IMG/VR virus record: IMGVR_UViG_3300025098_000014
Direction: 5' to 3' (one strand)
Source: a virus
Length of the DNA stretch: 64,000 nt
Below, piece by piece: positions 9,212-18,744 of the stretch. The position numbers and the translations under genes are program-made. Within the stretch, counting starts at the first letter, position 1. Each line of letters begins with the position of its first letter. The notes below the pieces were generated by a model. It was not told the DNA's origin and did not search any database. It worked only from the letters and a program-made list of their open reading frames with translations.

Positions 9212-9876
9212 TACCGGTCACCTTTCTGACGATTTTCTGAATAGTAAGCATCAAAAGTTCCTGATGGATAACGCTTCGACAGTTTATCAATATTACGGTC
9301 GAGAACTTCTTCCAAAGAAATATCAAGTGCCATGCATGCCTGAGCAACATACCACATAACATCACCCAGTTCAATCTTCAGGTGCTCAATATTATCTTCT
9401 TCCCAGGGCTTGCCTTGAAAAATAATCTTCTTAACAATCTCCATGAACTCACCACCTTCAGCAGAGATACCTACAGCAGCAGTTAGAAGACGCTGGATCT
9501 CACATCCACCTGCTTGAAGTGCAGCAACACGAGCAATAAACTGTGCAGGATCCTTAGATGGAGCACTAGTTACTTGATTAACAAACTCAAGATAACCATC
9601 TTTAGGAGTATTTTGAGGAGAAGTCAAAACTACTGGCATGACTGGTGCTGCTGGTGGAGCAGGAGGAGTAGCAACAACTGGTGGTTGAGGATTAGTAGGA
9701 TTACCTAGCTGGGGTCCAGTACGATCTTCTGGGTTATCAGACCATCCTTCAGTACCAGGATCGCCGGGTTCTGCTTCCCAAAACTCTTTAGCCCTAGGAC
9801 GGCGAGGGGGAGTAGCAGTAGTAGGACGCTGAGGATCCGGTGTCGCATCAGCGATTGCGCTTGAATAAGTAGGCAT
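9211..9876 (-). CDS. mazG: MazG-family nucleoside triphosphate pyrophosphohydrolase with Pro-rich N-terminal extension
   Basis: RLLTAAVGISAEGGEFMEIVKK...ELGDVMWYVAQAC...NIDKLSKRYP; probable start MPTYSS at 9876. Confidence 0.92.
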   Translation of the reverse strand: MPTYSSAIADATPDPQRPTTATPPRRPRAKEFWEAEPGDPGTEGWSDNPEDRTGPQLGNPTNPQPPVVATPPAPPAAPVMPVVLTSPQNTPKDGYLEFVNQVTSAPSKDPAQFIARVAALQAGGCEIQRLLTAAVGISAEGGEFMEIVKKIIFQGKPWEEDNIEHLKIELGDVMWYVAQACMALDISLEEVLDRNIDKLSKRYPSGTFDAYYSENRQKGDR

Positions 9877-9878
9877 GA

Positions 9879-10739
9879 TTAAAATTGCGGTGCTGTTTGT
9901 TGTGGGTGATAGTTGAATAGTGTATCTAGCTTGAAATGTTCCCATGTGTAGGAAACAACATCGACATCTTTTTCTTCAAAGTTTAATCTCTCTGGATCTA
10001 CAGAGAAAAAAGTTGATAACACTAACCTATCATTATCAGCAAACCAATTAGGTTTGATGTACGGATTGTGAATTGTTCCCGTACTATAGACTACAAGACT
10101 ATTATACATCATTTCAATAGAACTTTCAAATTTAAAGTCTTCGTAATCCTGAATTTGAAACCATTCGGAAGTAGTCACATCTTCATGCCGATCATAAAAA
10201 TTATTGAATGCATTCTTATCGTCTCTATTAAACTCTAGAACATTACTCTTACCCCTAAAGGACCAGAATCCGGTCTTTACAGGATCAGAACTTTTTGAAA
10301 GATTGAGGTTTGAAACAATATGAGGAAGATCTTCTTCATTAGAATCCATTACTGCCGAATCAATATGCGGATAGCAGCATAATCCGCCAGTAACATCTAA
10401 AGTCATATCACCTTTCGTGGATTGAATGTACATATCTAATGTACTCAATTCAGAAACTCCAAAGATTTTTTTCATTCTTTGGTTAAAACCACTACCAAGC
10501 ATACTGAAAAGTCCAGGAGCAAACTGATGAGTTAGTCCAGGACGAATGATATCAGTATCACTAAAGTGCTGAGTTTCCCAGTAATCTAACTCAGAAATAA
10601 AATCATAAACTTTATCAGGATACTGGAAGACATCTCTTGCAGTAAGGATTGCAACCCCACCAGGCAAGAGATGGTATTCAAATTCAAGATTATTGATTTG
10701 AGAAATATCATTCCATATTTTTGTTGCTGATTTAATCAA
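9879..10739 (-). CDS. Hypothetical protein, DUF6445-like / 2OG-Fe(II) oxygenase-like
   Basis: PHID motif, TGFWS, YNSLVVY...IHNPY...RL; start uncertain (TTG). Confidence 0.6.
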   Translation of the reverse strand: MIKSATKIWNDISQINNLEFEYHLLPGGVAILTARDVFQYPDKVYDFISELDYWETQHFSDTDIIRPGLTHQFAPGLFSMLGSGFNQRMKKIFGVSELSTLDMYIQSTKGDMTLDVTGGLCCYPHIDSAVMDSNEEDLPHIVSNLNLSKSSDPVKTGFWSFRGKSNVLEFNRDDKNAFNNFYDRHEDVTTSEWFQIQDYEDFKFESSIEMMYNSLVVYSTGTIHNPYIKPNWFADNDRLVLSTFFSVDPERLNFEEKDVDVVSYTWEHFKLDTLFNYHPQQTAPQF

Positions 10740-12111
10740 ATTTAAACCCCTGAAATTTGTTTTCTTTTACAAAAGTTTCTTCTTTAGTATCATCGCCATC
10801 GCCATGGAGAGATCCACCTTCGCTTTGTTCACAATCATACAGCCTCATCTTCGATCTGTCAATACCAATAACAAATCTCTTATTCATAGTCGGATCACCG
10901 TATCTATTCTTCAATTGCTTCACCATGATCTGCCCGAGTCCTTCAAGATCTTCAGATGAAATAAGGGCAAACATAAGATCAGCAGTAGCAGGGAGGCCAA
11001 AGGACTCGCTAGTGTCAGTAATGTCAACATCACTGCTACTATAACCAGAACGAGTGGTCTGGGTGGCAGAAACGATAGGGACCTGGGCTTCGACAGCCAA
11101 TCCTCTAAGTTCTTCAGCAATAGCCTTGATATAGCTATAAGAGTTGACGCCGATAGCTCCGCGATACCTAGCGGAAGCACAAATATTAAGGTAGTCAATG
11201 AAAATAATATCAGGGCGAAAAGATTTCTTAAGTGCCAGATCGTTGAGCAGAGATTTAAAATGTCCACTGTGGGCACTAGCTGTTGGATACTCTTTAATTA
11301 TAAGAGTGCCCTGAGTTTTTGCAGCAACTTTAGATACTTTTGTCTCGAATAACTGACGAGGTAACTCTGTCAAGTCTCTGATATTAACATCTAAAAGGTT
11401 AGCGTCAATTCTTTCAGCAATTTTTTCCTCTGACATCTCCATTGTAATGTATAAAACATTTTTGCCCTGCAATAAAACTGAACTTGCTAAATGACACATA
11501 AAAAGAGATTTACCAACACCAGTACCAGCTAGAGCAATGGTAAGTGTCTTATTGGGCATACCTCCTTTCGTAATCTTATTAAAATATTCAAGATCGAATG
11601 GGATCTTTGATTCGTCTTTATGATAAAAGTCGTATCTTGCTTCATAATCTTGGAGATAATCATGACCAATATGATTATCAAAAGAAACCGCAAGGGCATC
11701 TTGCATAATACCAGGGATAGAATCTCTGGTCTTTTCAGTATCTTTACCGTCTGCAATCTGAATAGACTCCATCAGTGCCAAATAAATTGCCCGGTCGCGA
11801 CACCACTTTTCAGTAGCATCTAACAACCACTGAGTATGAGTTTCACTCTCAGTCAATACTTCCACTAAGGTTAGAGCATCTTTACATTCAGATTCAGAGA
11901 TATCACTACGATTTTGTACTTCAATATTAAGGATTTCTGGTGTTAGAATCCTATCGTATAGATTGACAAAGGAACTGATCTCCTCAAAAACAAGTCTTTC
12001 ATTGCGCTCATCAAAATAATCAGGTTCTATAAATGGTAGAACCTTTCTAAGAAACTCTTCATCGTGAATGAGGTTTCTTAGAATAGTCAGTTCAATCCTG
12101 TCACTCATCAT
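10732..12111 (-). CDS. g41: Replicative DNA helicase gp41
   Basis: Walker A AGTGVGKS, IKEYPT, IFIDYLNI, SATQTTRSG, SESFGLPATAD. Confidence 0.97.
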   Translation of the reverse strand: MMSDRIELTILRNLIHDEEFLRKVLPFIEPDYFDERNERLVFEEISSFVNLYDRILTPEILNIEVQNRSDISESECKDALTLVEVLTESETHTQWLLDATEKWCRDRAIYLALMESIQIADGKDTEKTRDSIPGIMQDALAVSFDNHIGHDYLQDYEARYDFYHKDESKIPFDLEYFNKITKGGMPNKTLTIALAGTGVGKSLFMCHLASSVLLQGKNVLYITMEMSEEKIAERIDANLLDVNIRDLTELPRQLFETKVSKVAAKTQGTLIIKEYPTASAHSGHFKSLLNDLALKKSFRPDIIFIDYLNICASARYRGAIGVNSYSYIKAIAEELRGLAVEAQVPIVSATQTTRSGYSSSDVDITDTSESFGLPATADLMFALISSEDLEGLGQIMVKQLKNRYGDPTMNKRFVIGIDRSKMRLYDCEQSEGGSLHGDGDDTKEETFVKENKFQGFKFD

Positions 12112-13112
12112 TCACCATAGCTAAATTCTTTACGAGCAATCTCGTCAAGTTGTTGCATCACTTCTTCAGTAAAATACTTCTCAGGTTCCTTGTAAACTTG
12201 CTTGGCATAGACTTTCTTACCATCGATCTCATAACGACCTGCAACATTCTTCCAGAGACCTCCAAGTTCTCCTAATTCAAGCAATCCATAATGACGATCA
12301 AGTCCACGCTCATCATAGTATAAACGAATAGTGGCGTCCTTGTTCTCCTTGCTTAAACGAGACTTGTGAGTCTTAGCCTTGATAAGGTTTCCGATGACTT
12401 CTGTTCCATCCTTCTCTTTCTTCTTGCTGAGATAGATGATTGTACTTGCTGCATACTTGAGTCCACTACCTCCTCCCATTTCTTTTGTAGGTACATATGC
12501 GCCAATGACATCGTAAGTATGGTTGGTAACAATCATAGGTATTTTAGCCTGTCCTAGTTTCAATGTCAACATTCTGAAGGCACCTTTAACCAGTTGTGAT
12601 TTTGTCATATCACGAACTTGCTTTTCATCCAAAGCATCACGGATCTCTTTCTCAGTTGAAAGCATACCGAGAGAATCTAATACAAACATACATGGTTTGC
12701 GCTCTCCTTCAGGTTTCTTTAGATACAAATCAACTGCTCTCAATGCTTTACTACGAAACTCTTCGATAGTTACAACATTGACAACTACCAAGCGATCAAG
12801 AGGTAGTCCACGGCTCTCAAGAAGAGACTTATTAATTGCTGCCTCAGTGTCAAAATAGAGACAATACCCATCAGGATTAGTGTCAAGGAAATTTTGAACG
12901 ACAGCGAGGCTAAAGAAAGTCTTCCCAGTAGAAGACTCACCAGCAATGGCAGTAATCTTATTCCCAGAAACACCACCAAATACGCTACCTGAGACCAGTG
13001 AATTAAAAATGTAAGAACCCGTGTCCACATAAGTTTCAGAATCGTCAATATCTTTGGCAAGCTGAGTATAGTCATCTCCAATTTCTTTGATGATCTCTTT
13101 AAGAAAATCCAT
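12108..13112 (-). CDS. uvsX: RecA-like recombinase UvsX
   Basis: GESSTGKT, YFDTEAA, VLDSLGML, MGGGSGLKYAAS. Confidence 0.96.
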   Translation of the reverse strand: MDFLKEIIKEIGDDYTQLAKDIDDSETYVDTGSYIFNSLVSGSVFGGVSGNKITAIAGESSTGKTFFSLAVVQNFLDTNPDGYCLYFDTEAAINKSLLESRGLPLDRLVVVNVVTIEEFRSKALRAVDLYLKKPEGERKPCMFVLDSLGMLSTEKEIRDALDEKQVRDMTKSQLVKGAFRMLTLKLGQAKIPMIVTNHTYDVIGAYVPTKEMGGGSGLKYAASTIIYLSKKKEKDGTEVIGNLIKAKTHKSRLSKENKDATIRLYYDERGLDRHYGLLELGELGGLWKNVAGRYEIDGKKVYAKQVYKEPEKYFTEEVMQQLDEIARKEFSYGE

Positions 13113-13280
13113 TCAACTCCATCTCAAGGTTTTCAAGTATTCTAGCACATTTTCGCGCATTGACATCAGTTCATTAAAACATTTTTGGTTATGAGCACAG
13201 GATCTAAGTTCCTGATCCGGTTTATGAACGGACTCGATAAAAAGATCAAGCCCTCTATTCCATTTTTCTTGATCTGTCAT
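13113..13280 (-). CDS. Small hypothetical protein
   Basis: MTDQEKWNRGLDLFIESVHKPD...; ATGA overlap with the g43 stop. Confidence 0.75.
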   Translation of the reverse strand: MTDQEKWNRGLDLFIESVHKPDQELRSCAHNQKCFNELMSMRENVLEYLKTLRWS

Positions 13281-15772
13281 GAGAAGAAGTCCTCTAAGTT
13301 TGCGGTTTTTTCTACGGACCATCCAATAGCAGTAAGAATGGTCTTTAACGGTTCTAAAAATGCCTTGCTAAATTGCAAATCATAATCAATATACTTATTA
13401 AGATTTAGTTCTTTGGGAAAGTCCTGAATAAAGGAAATAACATTCTCATGAATGGTATTTGGTATCTTCAAATAACAGAATTTAATCTTTTCTCCATTCT
13501 TAATTAGAGAATACTTGTTAGTAAGATTCGCTTTCTTAATATAATGATTGTATAGAAGAGCTCCACGACAATGAATAGGAGTTCTTTCAGCGTAAATTTC
13601 TGACGGAGATTTATACTTCACTACATCACTGACGGATCTTGGGAAAGAGATCTCTTCAGGAGTTAGTTCATTAAATTTCTTACGACAGTCACCTATGTAG
13701 TCAATCATATCATCTTCAGATCCAGTCATCATAATTTTGAAAGAGTCCTTCAACATTTGACGACAAGGTGCAGGTGTGGAAGACTTTACAGCCTCGATAC
13801 CCATCACTTTTAATTTAGGTTCTGTGTATTGAACACCTTCACTATTCCAAACATTAAGAATGTACCTCTTCTTTGCAGTCCAGATGCCACGATCAGCGAT
13901 ATTCTCTCTCTTCATTTGCATCTTTTGTTCGTATGCCGAAACATAGTCTGCAAGATCTTGATACGAGTTATCAATAAACGGTTCTAATTTATCTTCGCAG
14001 ATCCTATCAAGTAGTGCAACAATTGCTGCCTTATCATCAGACTTATTACCAAGAAACTTAGTAACAAGAGGTCCAAGGTTAAGATAGATTGAGTCAGTGT
14101 CAGATGCAATAACATAATCTTCACCCTCAGTAGATAAGAGTTTGTTTAGATATTGATTCATCTTGTTCTCAATCCAACGAATTGAAACCTGACCAGATAA
14201 AGTAATAGCCTCCGCATTTGCTAGTTTAAAATATCTGAAATATTGATTACCAATAGCACCATAAGCAGAGTTAAGAGAAATCTTCTTCGCCATTTGAATG
14301 TTGTTACATCTGGAGATTTCTTTCTTAAGTGCATCAGTAGGAGTCTTCTCAAACTCTTGCTTGGCTTTAAGCATGCGCTTCTTGAAGATAACTCTCTCAC
14401 CATACATCTTCTCCATCAACTCAGGCAAGAACCCTTTCTTATCTTTACGGAACATGGCACCATTCGGACAAACAGCATTGTCCTTATACATCTCAAAACT
14501 TATTTGCTCAGAAAGTATCTTATCAACTGTTGCTGTTGGATGCTTTTCATCCAAGAGGGTTTCTGGTGAGATATTGTACTGCATAATAAGATGAGGGTAC
14601 AGACTGTTGAGGTCAAAAGAAACCACCCAATCATAGACTCCCGGAATCGGTTCCTTAACATAGGCTCCTGCATACTTTTCATCCTTATCAGTTTTTTCCT
14701 TAGGGGGAATGACTATGCCTTTCTTCTTCAAATAATTATAGATGATGGTGTCCCACATCCTTACTTGATAAAATACATCGCTATAGTTAACTTTAGCATC
14801 GTATGCCATAGTTAAAGCAAGCTCGATCAACTTCATCTTATCTTCAAGACGGTCTACGAGCTCCACATCGATAATGTTATATTCTACAAATTTTTGCCAC
14901 CCGTGAGTATAGAAGTCCTTAAATGTATCAAACTCAGAGTGGTCAAGTTTCTTCTGACCGAGTTCTACATTGGCAATATGATCAAGACGATATGATTCCT
15001 GATTGGTATATGTAAACTTTTTATAAAGATCAAGATAATCTAACTGTGAAATACCGCCAATATCGTAGAAAATTTGTCTACGACCTTTGATAAAGACTTC
15101 TTTTTGGGATACTAATCCCCAAGGCGATAATCTCTTAGCAAGTTTTTCGCCAAGAACACGATCAATACGCTTTGCAATGAATGGCATATCGAACAACTGA
15201 ATGTTCCAACCAGTCACAACATCAGGAGTATTCTCCATCCACCAGTTGATAAAACTGTTGAGTAGATCCCGCTCATTGTTGAACTGAATGTAGCGAACAT
15301 TGTCCTGTTTAATCTTGAACGGACCCTGACCCCAGGTTGTAATCTCTTTTGTATTATAATCCTGAATAGTAATCAGCAGGATCTCTTGATCAGCTGTCTC
15401 AACATCAGGAAATCCATTCTCAGCACGAGTTTCGATATCGACTGTGATGAGGCGAATCTTACTAGCGTCAAATTTAATCTCATCTTGAGGATACTTATCA
15501 GAAATATACTGATAGATGTACCTCTCATTACCATACACTTTAAAATTATCTACCTCACCATAACTTTTTAAGAAGTCGCGACAGTCTGATACAAAACCAG
15601 GTTTAATTGGTTCGACATACTCCCCATCAAGAGTTTTATGAAAAGTTTCTTTCTTGGCAGGAACAAATAATGTAGGTTTGTATTTTTCTCTAAACTGAAT
15701 GTACTCACCATTTTCATAACCACGAACGAGGAACTGATCCCCAATCATTTGTACATTAGTATAGAATTTCAT
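13277..15772 (-). CDS. g43: Family B DNA polymerase gp43
   Basis: Exo DIET, SFDLNSLYPH, KISLNSAYG, SDTDS, KKRY; uninterrupted. Confidence 0.98.
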   Translation of the reverse strand: MKFYTNVQMIGDQFLVRGYENGEYIQFREKYKPTLFVPAKKETFHKTLDGEYVEPIKPGFVSDCRDFLKSYGEVDNFKVYGNERYIYQYISDKYPQDEIKFDASKIRLITVDIETRAENGFPDVETADQEILLITIQDYNTKEITTWGQGPFKIKQDNVRYIQFNNERDLLNSFINWWMENTPDVVTGWNIQLFDMPFIAKRIDRVLGEKLAKRLSPWGLVSQKEVFIKGRRQIFYDIGGISQLDYLDLYKKFTYTNQESYRLDHIANVELGQKKLDHSEFDTFKDFYTHGWQKFVEYNIIDVELVDRLEDKMKLIELALTMAYDAKVNYSDVFYQVRMWDTIIYNYLKKKGIVIPPKEKTDKDEKYAGAYVKEPIPGVYDWVVSFDLNSLYPHLIMQYNISPETLLDEKHPTATVDKILSEQISFEMYKDNAVCPNGAMFRKDKKGFLPELMEKMYGERVIFKKRMLKAKQEFEKTPTDALKKEISRCNNIQMAKKISLNSAYGAIGNQYFRYFKLANAEAITLSGQVSIRWIENKMNQYLNKLLSTEGEDYVIASDTDSIYLNLGPLVTKFLGNKSDDKAAIVALLDRICEDKLEPFIDNSYQDLADYVSAYEQKMQMKRENIADRGIWTAKKRYILNVWNSEGVQYTEPKLKVMGIEAVKSSTPAPCRQMLKDSFKIMMTGSEDDMIDYIGDCRKKFNELTPEEISFPRSVSDVVKYKSPSEIYAERTPIHCRGALLYNHYIKKANLTNKYSLIKNGEKIKFCYLKIPNTIHENVISFIQDFPKELNLNKYIDYDLQFSKAFLEPLKTILTAIGWSVEKTANLEDFFS

Positions 15773-16059
15773 TCAGAAAGCAGTTCGTTGTATGCTTGAA
15801 GGATATGTGACTCAGGATCAACTAGAGTCAGAATAGTATCACTTTGAATTCTGCATTTCTTATCAGAAGAAATGTTCAGTACTTTCCAAGGTACAAGACG
15901 ATCTTTATACGGACCCTTGAACCCATCCTCTTGAGGAATAAACTCATAGGGGTTGTCTAACTCACAATCGGGTTCTCCAATGTCAGCACCAACTTCCTTA
16001 ATACCTGCAATAATACAGAGGTAGTCTTCCTTGAATACGATTACTTTAATTGGATCCAT
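15769..16059 (-). CDS. Hypothetical protein
   Basis: 96-aa ORF coupled to g43. Confidence 0.8.
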   Translation of the reverse strand: MDPIKVIVFKEDYLCIIAGIKEVGADIGEPDCELDNPYEFIPQEDGFKGPYKDRLVPWKVLNISSDKKCRIQSDTILTLVDPESHILQAYNELLSE

Positions 16060-16357
16060 CAGTTACCTCTTGATACATTTTTTTGAGATCAGCGACTGGT
16101 TCAAAGATAGTTTGAACCGAATTTGGATTTACAATGAAGGTAGTCTCTTGAGTAAGAGGTTGCCAAGTAGCAAGAGATACTTGAGATGTATTCTCTGCGG
16201 TTTCATTATTATCTTCTGATAGCAGCATGGTTGGCTGCATGATAACACGAAATGGTTTAGTGAACATGTATTGACGAGCCTTATCTTCAGGGTCAATCAA
16301 CTCTTTAATGTCAGCAATGATGGAGTCATTGCCGATGATAGCAATTCTAACGGACAT
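16046..16357 (-). CDS. Hypothetical protein
   Basis: Start reassigned to MSVRI (16357), downstream of the terminator, TGGTATAAT and SD-like GAGG. Confidence 0.78.
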   Translation of the reverse strand: MSVRIAIIGNDSIIADIKELIDPEDKARQYMFTKPFRVIMQPTMLLSEDNNETAENTSQVSLATWQPLTQETTFIVNPNSVQTIFEPVADLKKMYQEVTDGSN

Positions 16358-16389
16358 AATGCAGTTTTTACCTCTTCCTATTATACCAT

Positions 16390-16413
16390 AAAAAAGGGGG
16401 GCATACACCCCCC
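16390..16413 (-). terminator. Terminator after hsp20, followed by an extended -10 promoter
   Basis: GGGGGGTGTATGCCCCCC-TTTTTT, then TGGTATAAT. Confidence 0.8.
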
Positions 16414-16422
16414 TGCCGATAT

Positions 16423-16857
16423 TTAGAACCAATCTTTCCGTTGATGATGCTCTGGAACTATCCTAGCCAAACATATTGAAAGGAGTCCATCCTCAAATTC
16501 TACACTCTTCACTTCTACATCCTCAGAGAGCGTCCATACCCTCGTAAAGGACCTCTGTGCTAGTCCCTTATGCTGATAAGTAGTTTCGGTCTCCTTGTCC
16601 TCTTTCTGACCCTCTACAAAGAGTTTGCCATCCTGTGTATAGACAAATAACTCTGCTTTTTTAAACCCTGCCAGGGCGATCTCTAGCCTGGACTCTACAG
16701 AATTTATGGATACTAGATTGTAGGGAGGATAATTAGTAGTGGTCTCATGTAGTGAGTATAAACGATCAAAGTATTCGTTCATACCAATGCTATTGCGGTG
16801 AACACGATCCAAAAATTGGTCGATGTTAGACGCACCATACTTAGTAAGGTCGGTCAT
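16423..16857 (-). CDS. hsp20: Small heat shock protein Hsp20
   Basis: NYPPYNLV, LEIALAGF, HKGLAQRSF, DGLLSI; start MTDLTKY at 16857 after SD AAGGAG. Confidence 0.96.
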   Translation of the reverse strand: MTDLTKYGASNIDQFLDRVHRNSIGMNEYFDRLYSLHETTTNYPPYNLVSINSVESRLEIALAGFKKAELFVYTQDGKLFVEGQKEDKETETTYQHKGLAQRSFTRVWTLSEDVEVKSVEFEDGLLSICLARIVPEHHQRKDWF

Positions 16858-16921
16858 TTTTAGCTCCTTTAAAAGCGAGTTTGTATTGTGTGGACCCCGA
16901 AGGCATCCACTAATATTTATC
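16858..16921 (-). promoter_or_regulatory. hsp20 leader: late-like promoter GATAAATA, UUCG hairpin and ROSE-like SD-sequestering hairpin
   Basis: GUGGAUGCC-UUCG-GGGUCCAC; CUC(G)CUU pairs with AAGGAG with a bulged G. Confidence 0.6.
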
Positions 16922-16931
16922 AAACAACATT

Positions 16932-16963
16932 AAAAAACGGGGTAGAGAACCCCGTATTTTTTT
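16932..16963. terminator. Bidirectional terminator-like hairpin
   Basis: A6-ACGGGG-tagagaa-CCCCGT-A-T7. Confidence 0.75.
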
Positions 16964-16981
16964 ATTCGGTTTACATTAATT

Positions 16982-17059
16982 GGGAAGGGGGCGTGAATCC
17001 CCCTATCTACTTTGGTAGCGAATCCGTCGTAGAGAGTCGCGCACGAAAGAGCGACGATT
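16982..17059 (-). ncRNA. Candidate structured ncRNA between regA and hsp20
   Basis: GC-rich intergenic stretch with several stems, CATAAATA at its 5' side and a terminator downstream. Confidence 0.4.
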
Positions 17060-17062
17060 TAT

Positions 17063-17506
17063 TTATGAATTCTCTTCACTTTCAACTTTAACTTTACGAC
17101 CAATATTGTACTTAGTCTCCAAGGTCCAATTTCCTTTATCTTTATATGCTAAGACTTTGATCTGATTGAGGGGAGCAATATCTTGAATCCTTTCTGCATT
17201 AACAACAGAAATAAGTCCCCAGTCAGCAAGCAATTGAGTAATTCTATTGCGTCTTTGAACATCATTTAAAGTAAGATTTGCTTTCTTACCATCAAGAGCA
17301 AACAACTCTTTAAAATGTACGATGAAATACCTTCCTTGCTTATGCAAGATATGGCATGACTGATAAAGTTTTTTTTCTTTTCTAGATGCTACGCCAATTC
17401 TAGTTAGCGTTTCTCTCACTTTTAAGAAATCATCCGGTTCACTGAGAGAAACTTCTACCATTTCTTCAGACGACCACTCAACGGTCGGTTCAATAACGAC
17501 GCTCAT
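17063..17506 (-). CDS. regA: RegA translational repressor
   Basis: DDFLKVRETLTRIGVAS...LYQSCHILHKQGRYFIVHFKELFALDGK. Confidence 0.97.
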   Translation of the reverse strand: MSVVIEPTVEWSSEEMVEVSLSEPDDFLKVRETLTRIGVASRKEKKLYQSCHILHKQGRYFIVHFKELFALDGKKANLTLNDVQRRNRITQLLADWGLISVVNAERIQDIAPLNQIKVLAYKDKGNWTLETKYNIGRKVKVESEENS

Positions 17507-17527
17507 GTCAAAAACAAAAACTTTTTA

Positions 17528-18370
17528 TTATTTAGCTAAACTCCTCTTGACATTCTCTAACGATGGTTTAAGTATTTCATAGGTTTCCTTATAAGCCATT
17601 TTATTGATCCATCGCTTATCCCAAAACTCTTCTAATTTGCAATCTTTGCCTGTGTGATCTTCATATATTCCCATGAATACACTCAGTAAATCCCAGTGGC
17701 AGTTTGGAAAATACTGAGGTGACAAACAAACAAAGATATGATCGTAATCATACTCCCCATGATCATACTCTTCTGCAGTTGCAAACCCCCAGTCAGCATA
17801 CTCTCCGACATGATTGCAAATAAATCTATTTACAGGACTCCTAGTATCTTCTTCAGATTTATCTCCATTATGAATCCATACCATTCTCTTCAGTTTACCT
17901 AAGGTGTGTAGATAAGCTCCCCAACTTCCCTCGTCAACTTTACCATAAGCCTTTGTCAGGTGATACTCTAAGAGGTGAAGTGCTAGAAAAGTTTCATTAC
18001 TGTAGTCACCGGTATCAGTTTCAATCTTATCGATGTAGCATCCTGCTAGAAAGTCATCATGATGATCGATATTAATTATTTCCAGATCATCTTTATCTAG
18101 AACAGAGTCGAGAATATAATCATGATCCAATCCAAAGGCAACAGTTATATTTGGATTAGCTGTCAATGCTTTTGTAAAGGTGTCTAACATATAGTCTAGA
18201 CACTTTTCATCAATAATTTTTTCTCTCTGCTTAAGATCAGGATATTTTTTAAAGTATAGATTCCATTTTGTAGTCGGATGCCACTCATCCCAGAGTTCAT
18301 CATCTTCATTGGGCCAGTCTTCAACATTAGGAAAACAATAATCAATATCAATGCTAAGAACTTTTGTCAT
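17528..18370 (-). CDS. Hypothetical metallohydrolase, arginase/ureohydrolase (UPF0489)-like motifs
   Basis: VLSIDIDY (DxD), DH, IINIDHHDD (DxHxD), CLSPQY. Confidence 0.6.
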   Translation of the reverse strand: MTKVLSIDIDYCFPNVEDWPNEDDELWDEWHPTTKWNLYFKKYPDLKQREKIIDEKCLDYMLDTFTKALTANPNITVAFGLDHDYILDSVLDKDDLEIINIDHHDDFLAGCYIDKIETDTGDYSNETFLALHLLEYHLTKAYGKVDEGSWGAYLHTLGKLKRMVWIHNGDKSEEDTRSPVNRFICNHVGEYADWGFATAEEYDHGEYDYDHIFVCLSPQYFPNCHWDLLSVFMGIYEDHTGKDCKLEEFWDKRWINKMAYKETYEILKPSLENVKRSLAK

Positions 18371-18744
18371 TTAATTCCACCTGTGTCGAGTTTTTTACGA
18401 ATATACTCTAGTTGTTCTGGCATAAGAATCTTCAGAGCTTGCTGAGCTTTCTCATTGTTATACTTATAATATTTTTTTACAAGTTCCAAATCTGCAATCT
18501 TTTCTTGGCGCAACCAAGGAGAGAATCTTTTCTTCTTTCTAATGCTATGTAGCAGGAATTGGTACTGCATATCTTTTGACAAATGATTGTTCTTATTCAT
18601 CTCATTCGCAAACAGAATTGCATCCAAATGTCCAGAGAGGCAGCGGTTTACAATGTAAGGAGGATACTTTTTAATATCTTCAGGATCCTCACTTAGATCT
18701 TCTTTAGTGAGGTTAATAGAATTAAGCCAGTCTTTTAATTCCAT
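18367..18744 (-). CDS. g62: Clamp loader small subunit gp62
   Basis: LKDWLNSIN...YPPYIVNRCLS...ANEMN...RKKKRFSPW. Confidence 0.95.
   Translation of the reverse strand: MELKDWLNSINLTKEDLSEDPEDIKKYPPYIVNRCLSGHLDAILFANEMNKNNHLSKDMQYQFLLHSIRKKKRFSPWLRQEKIADLELVKKYYKYNNEKAQQALKILMPEQLEYIRKKLDTGGIK

Noticed and set aside
13277-15772. Possible intron or intein in g43 (also checked nrdA, g17, g20, g41)
   Set aside because: Lengths and motif spacing are normal and reading frames are continuous
16858-16923. Longer N-termini given by the track for hsp20 (also g21, mazG, g44 and ORF 46826-47152)
   Set aside because: They overlap regulatory hairpins or upstream genes; downstream ATGs fit SD position and family starts better
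16982-17059. tRNA in the regA-hsp20 gap
   Set aside because: No cloverleaf, no T-loop GTTC motif and no acceptor stem; kept only as an ncRNA candidate
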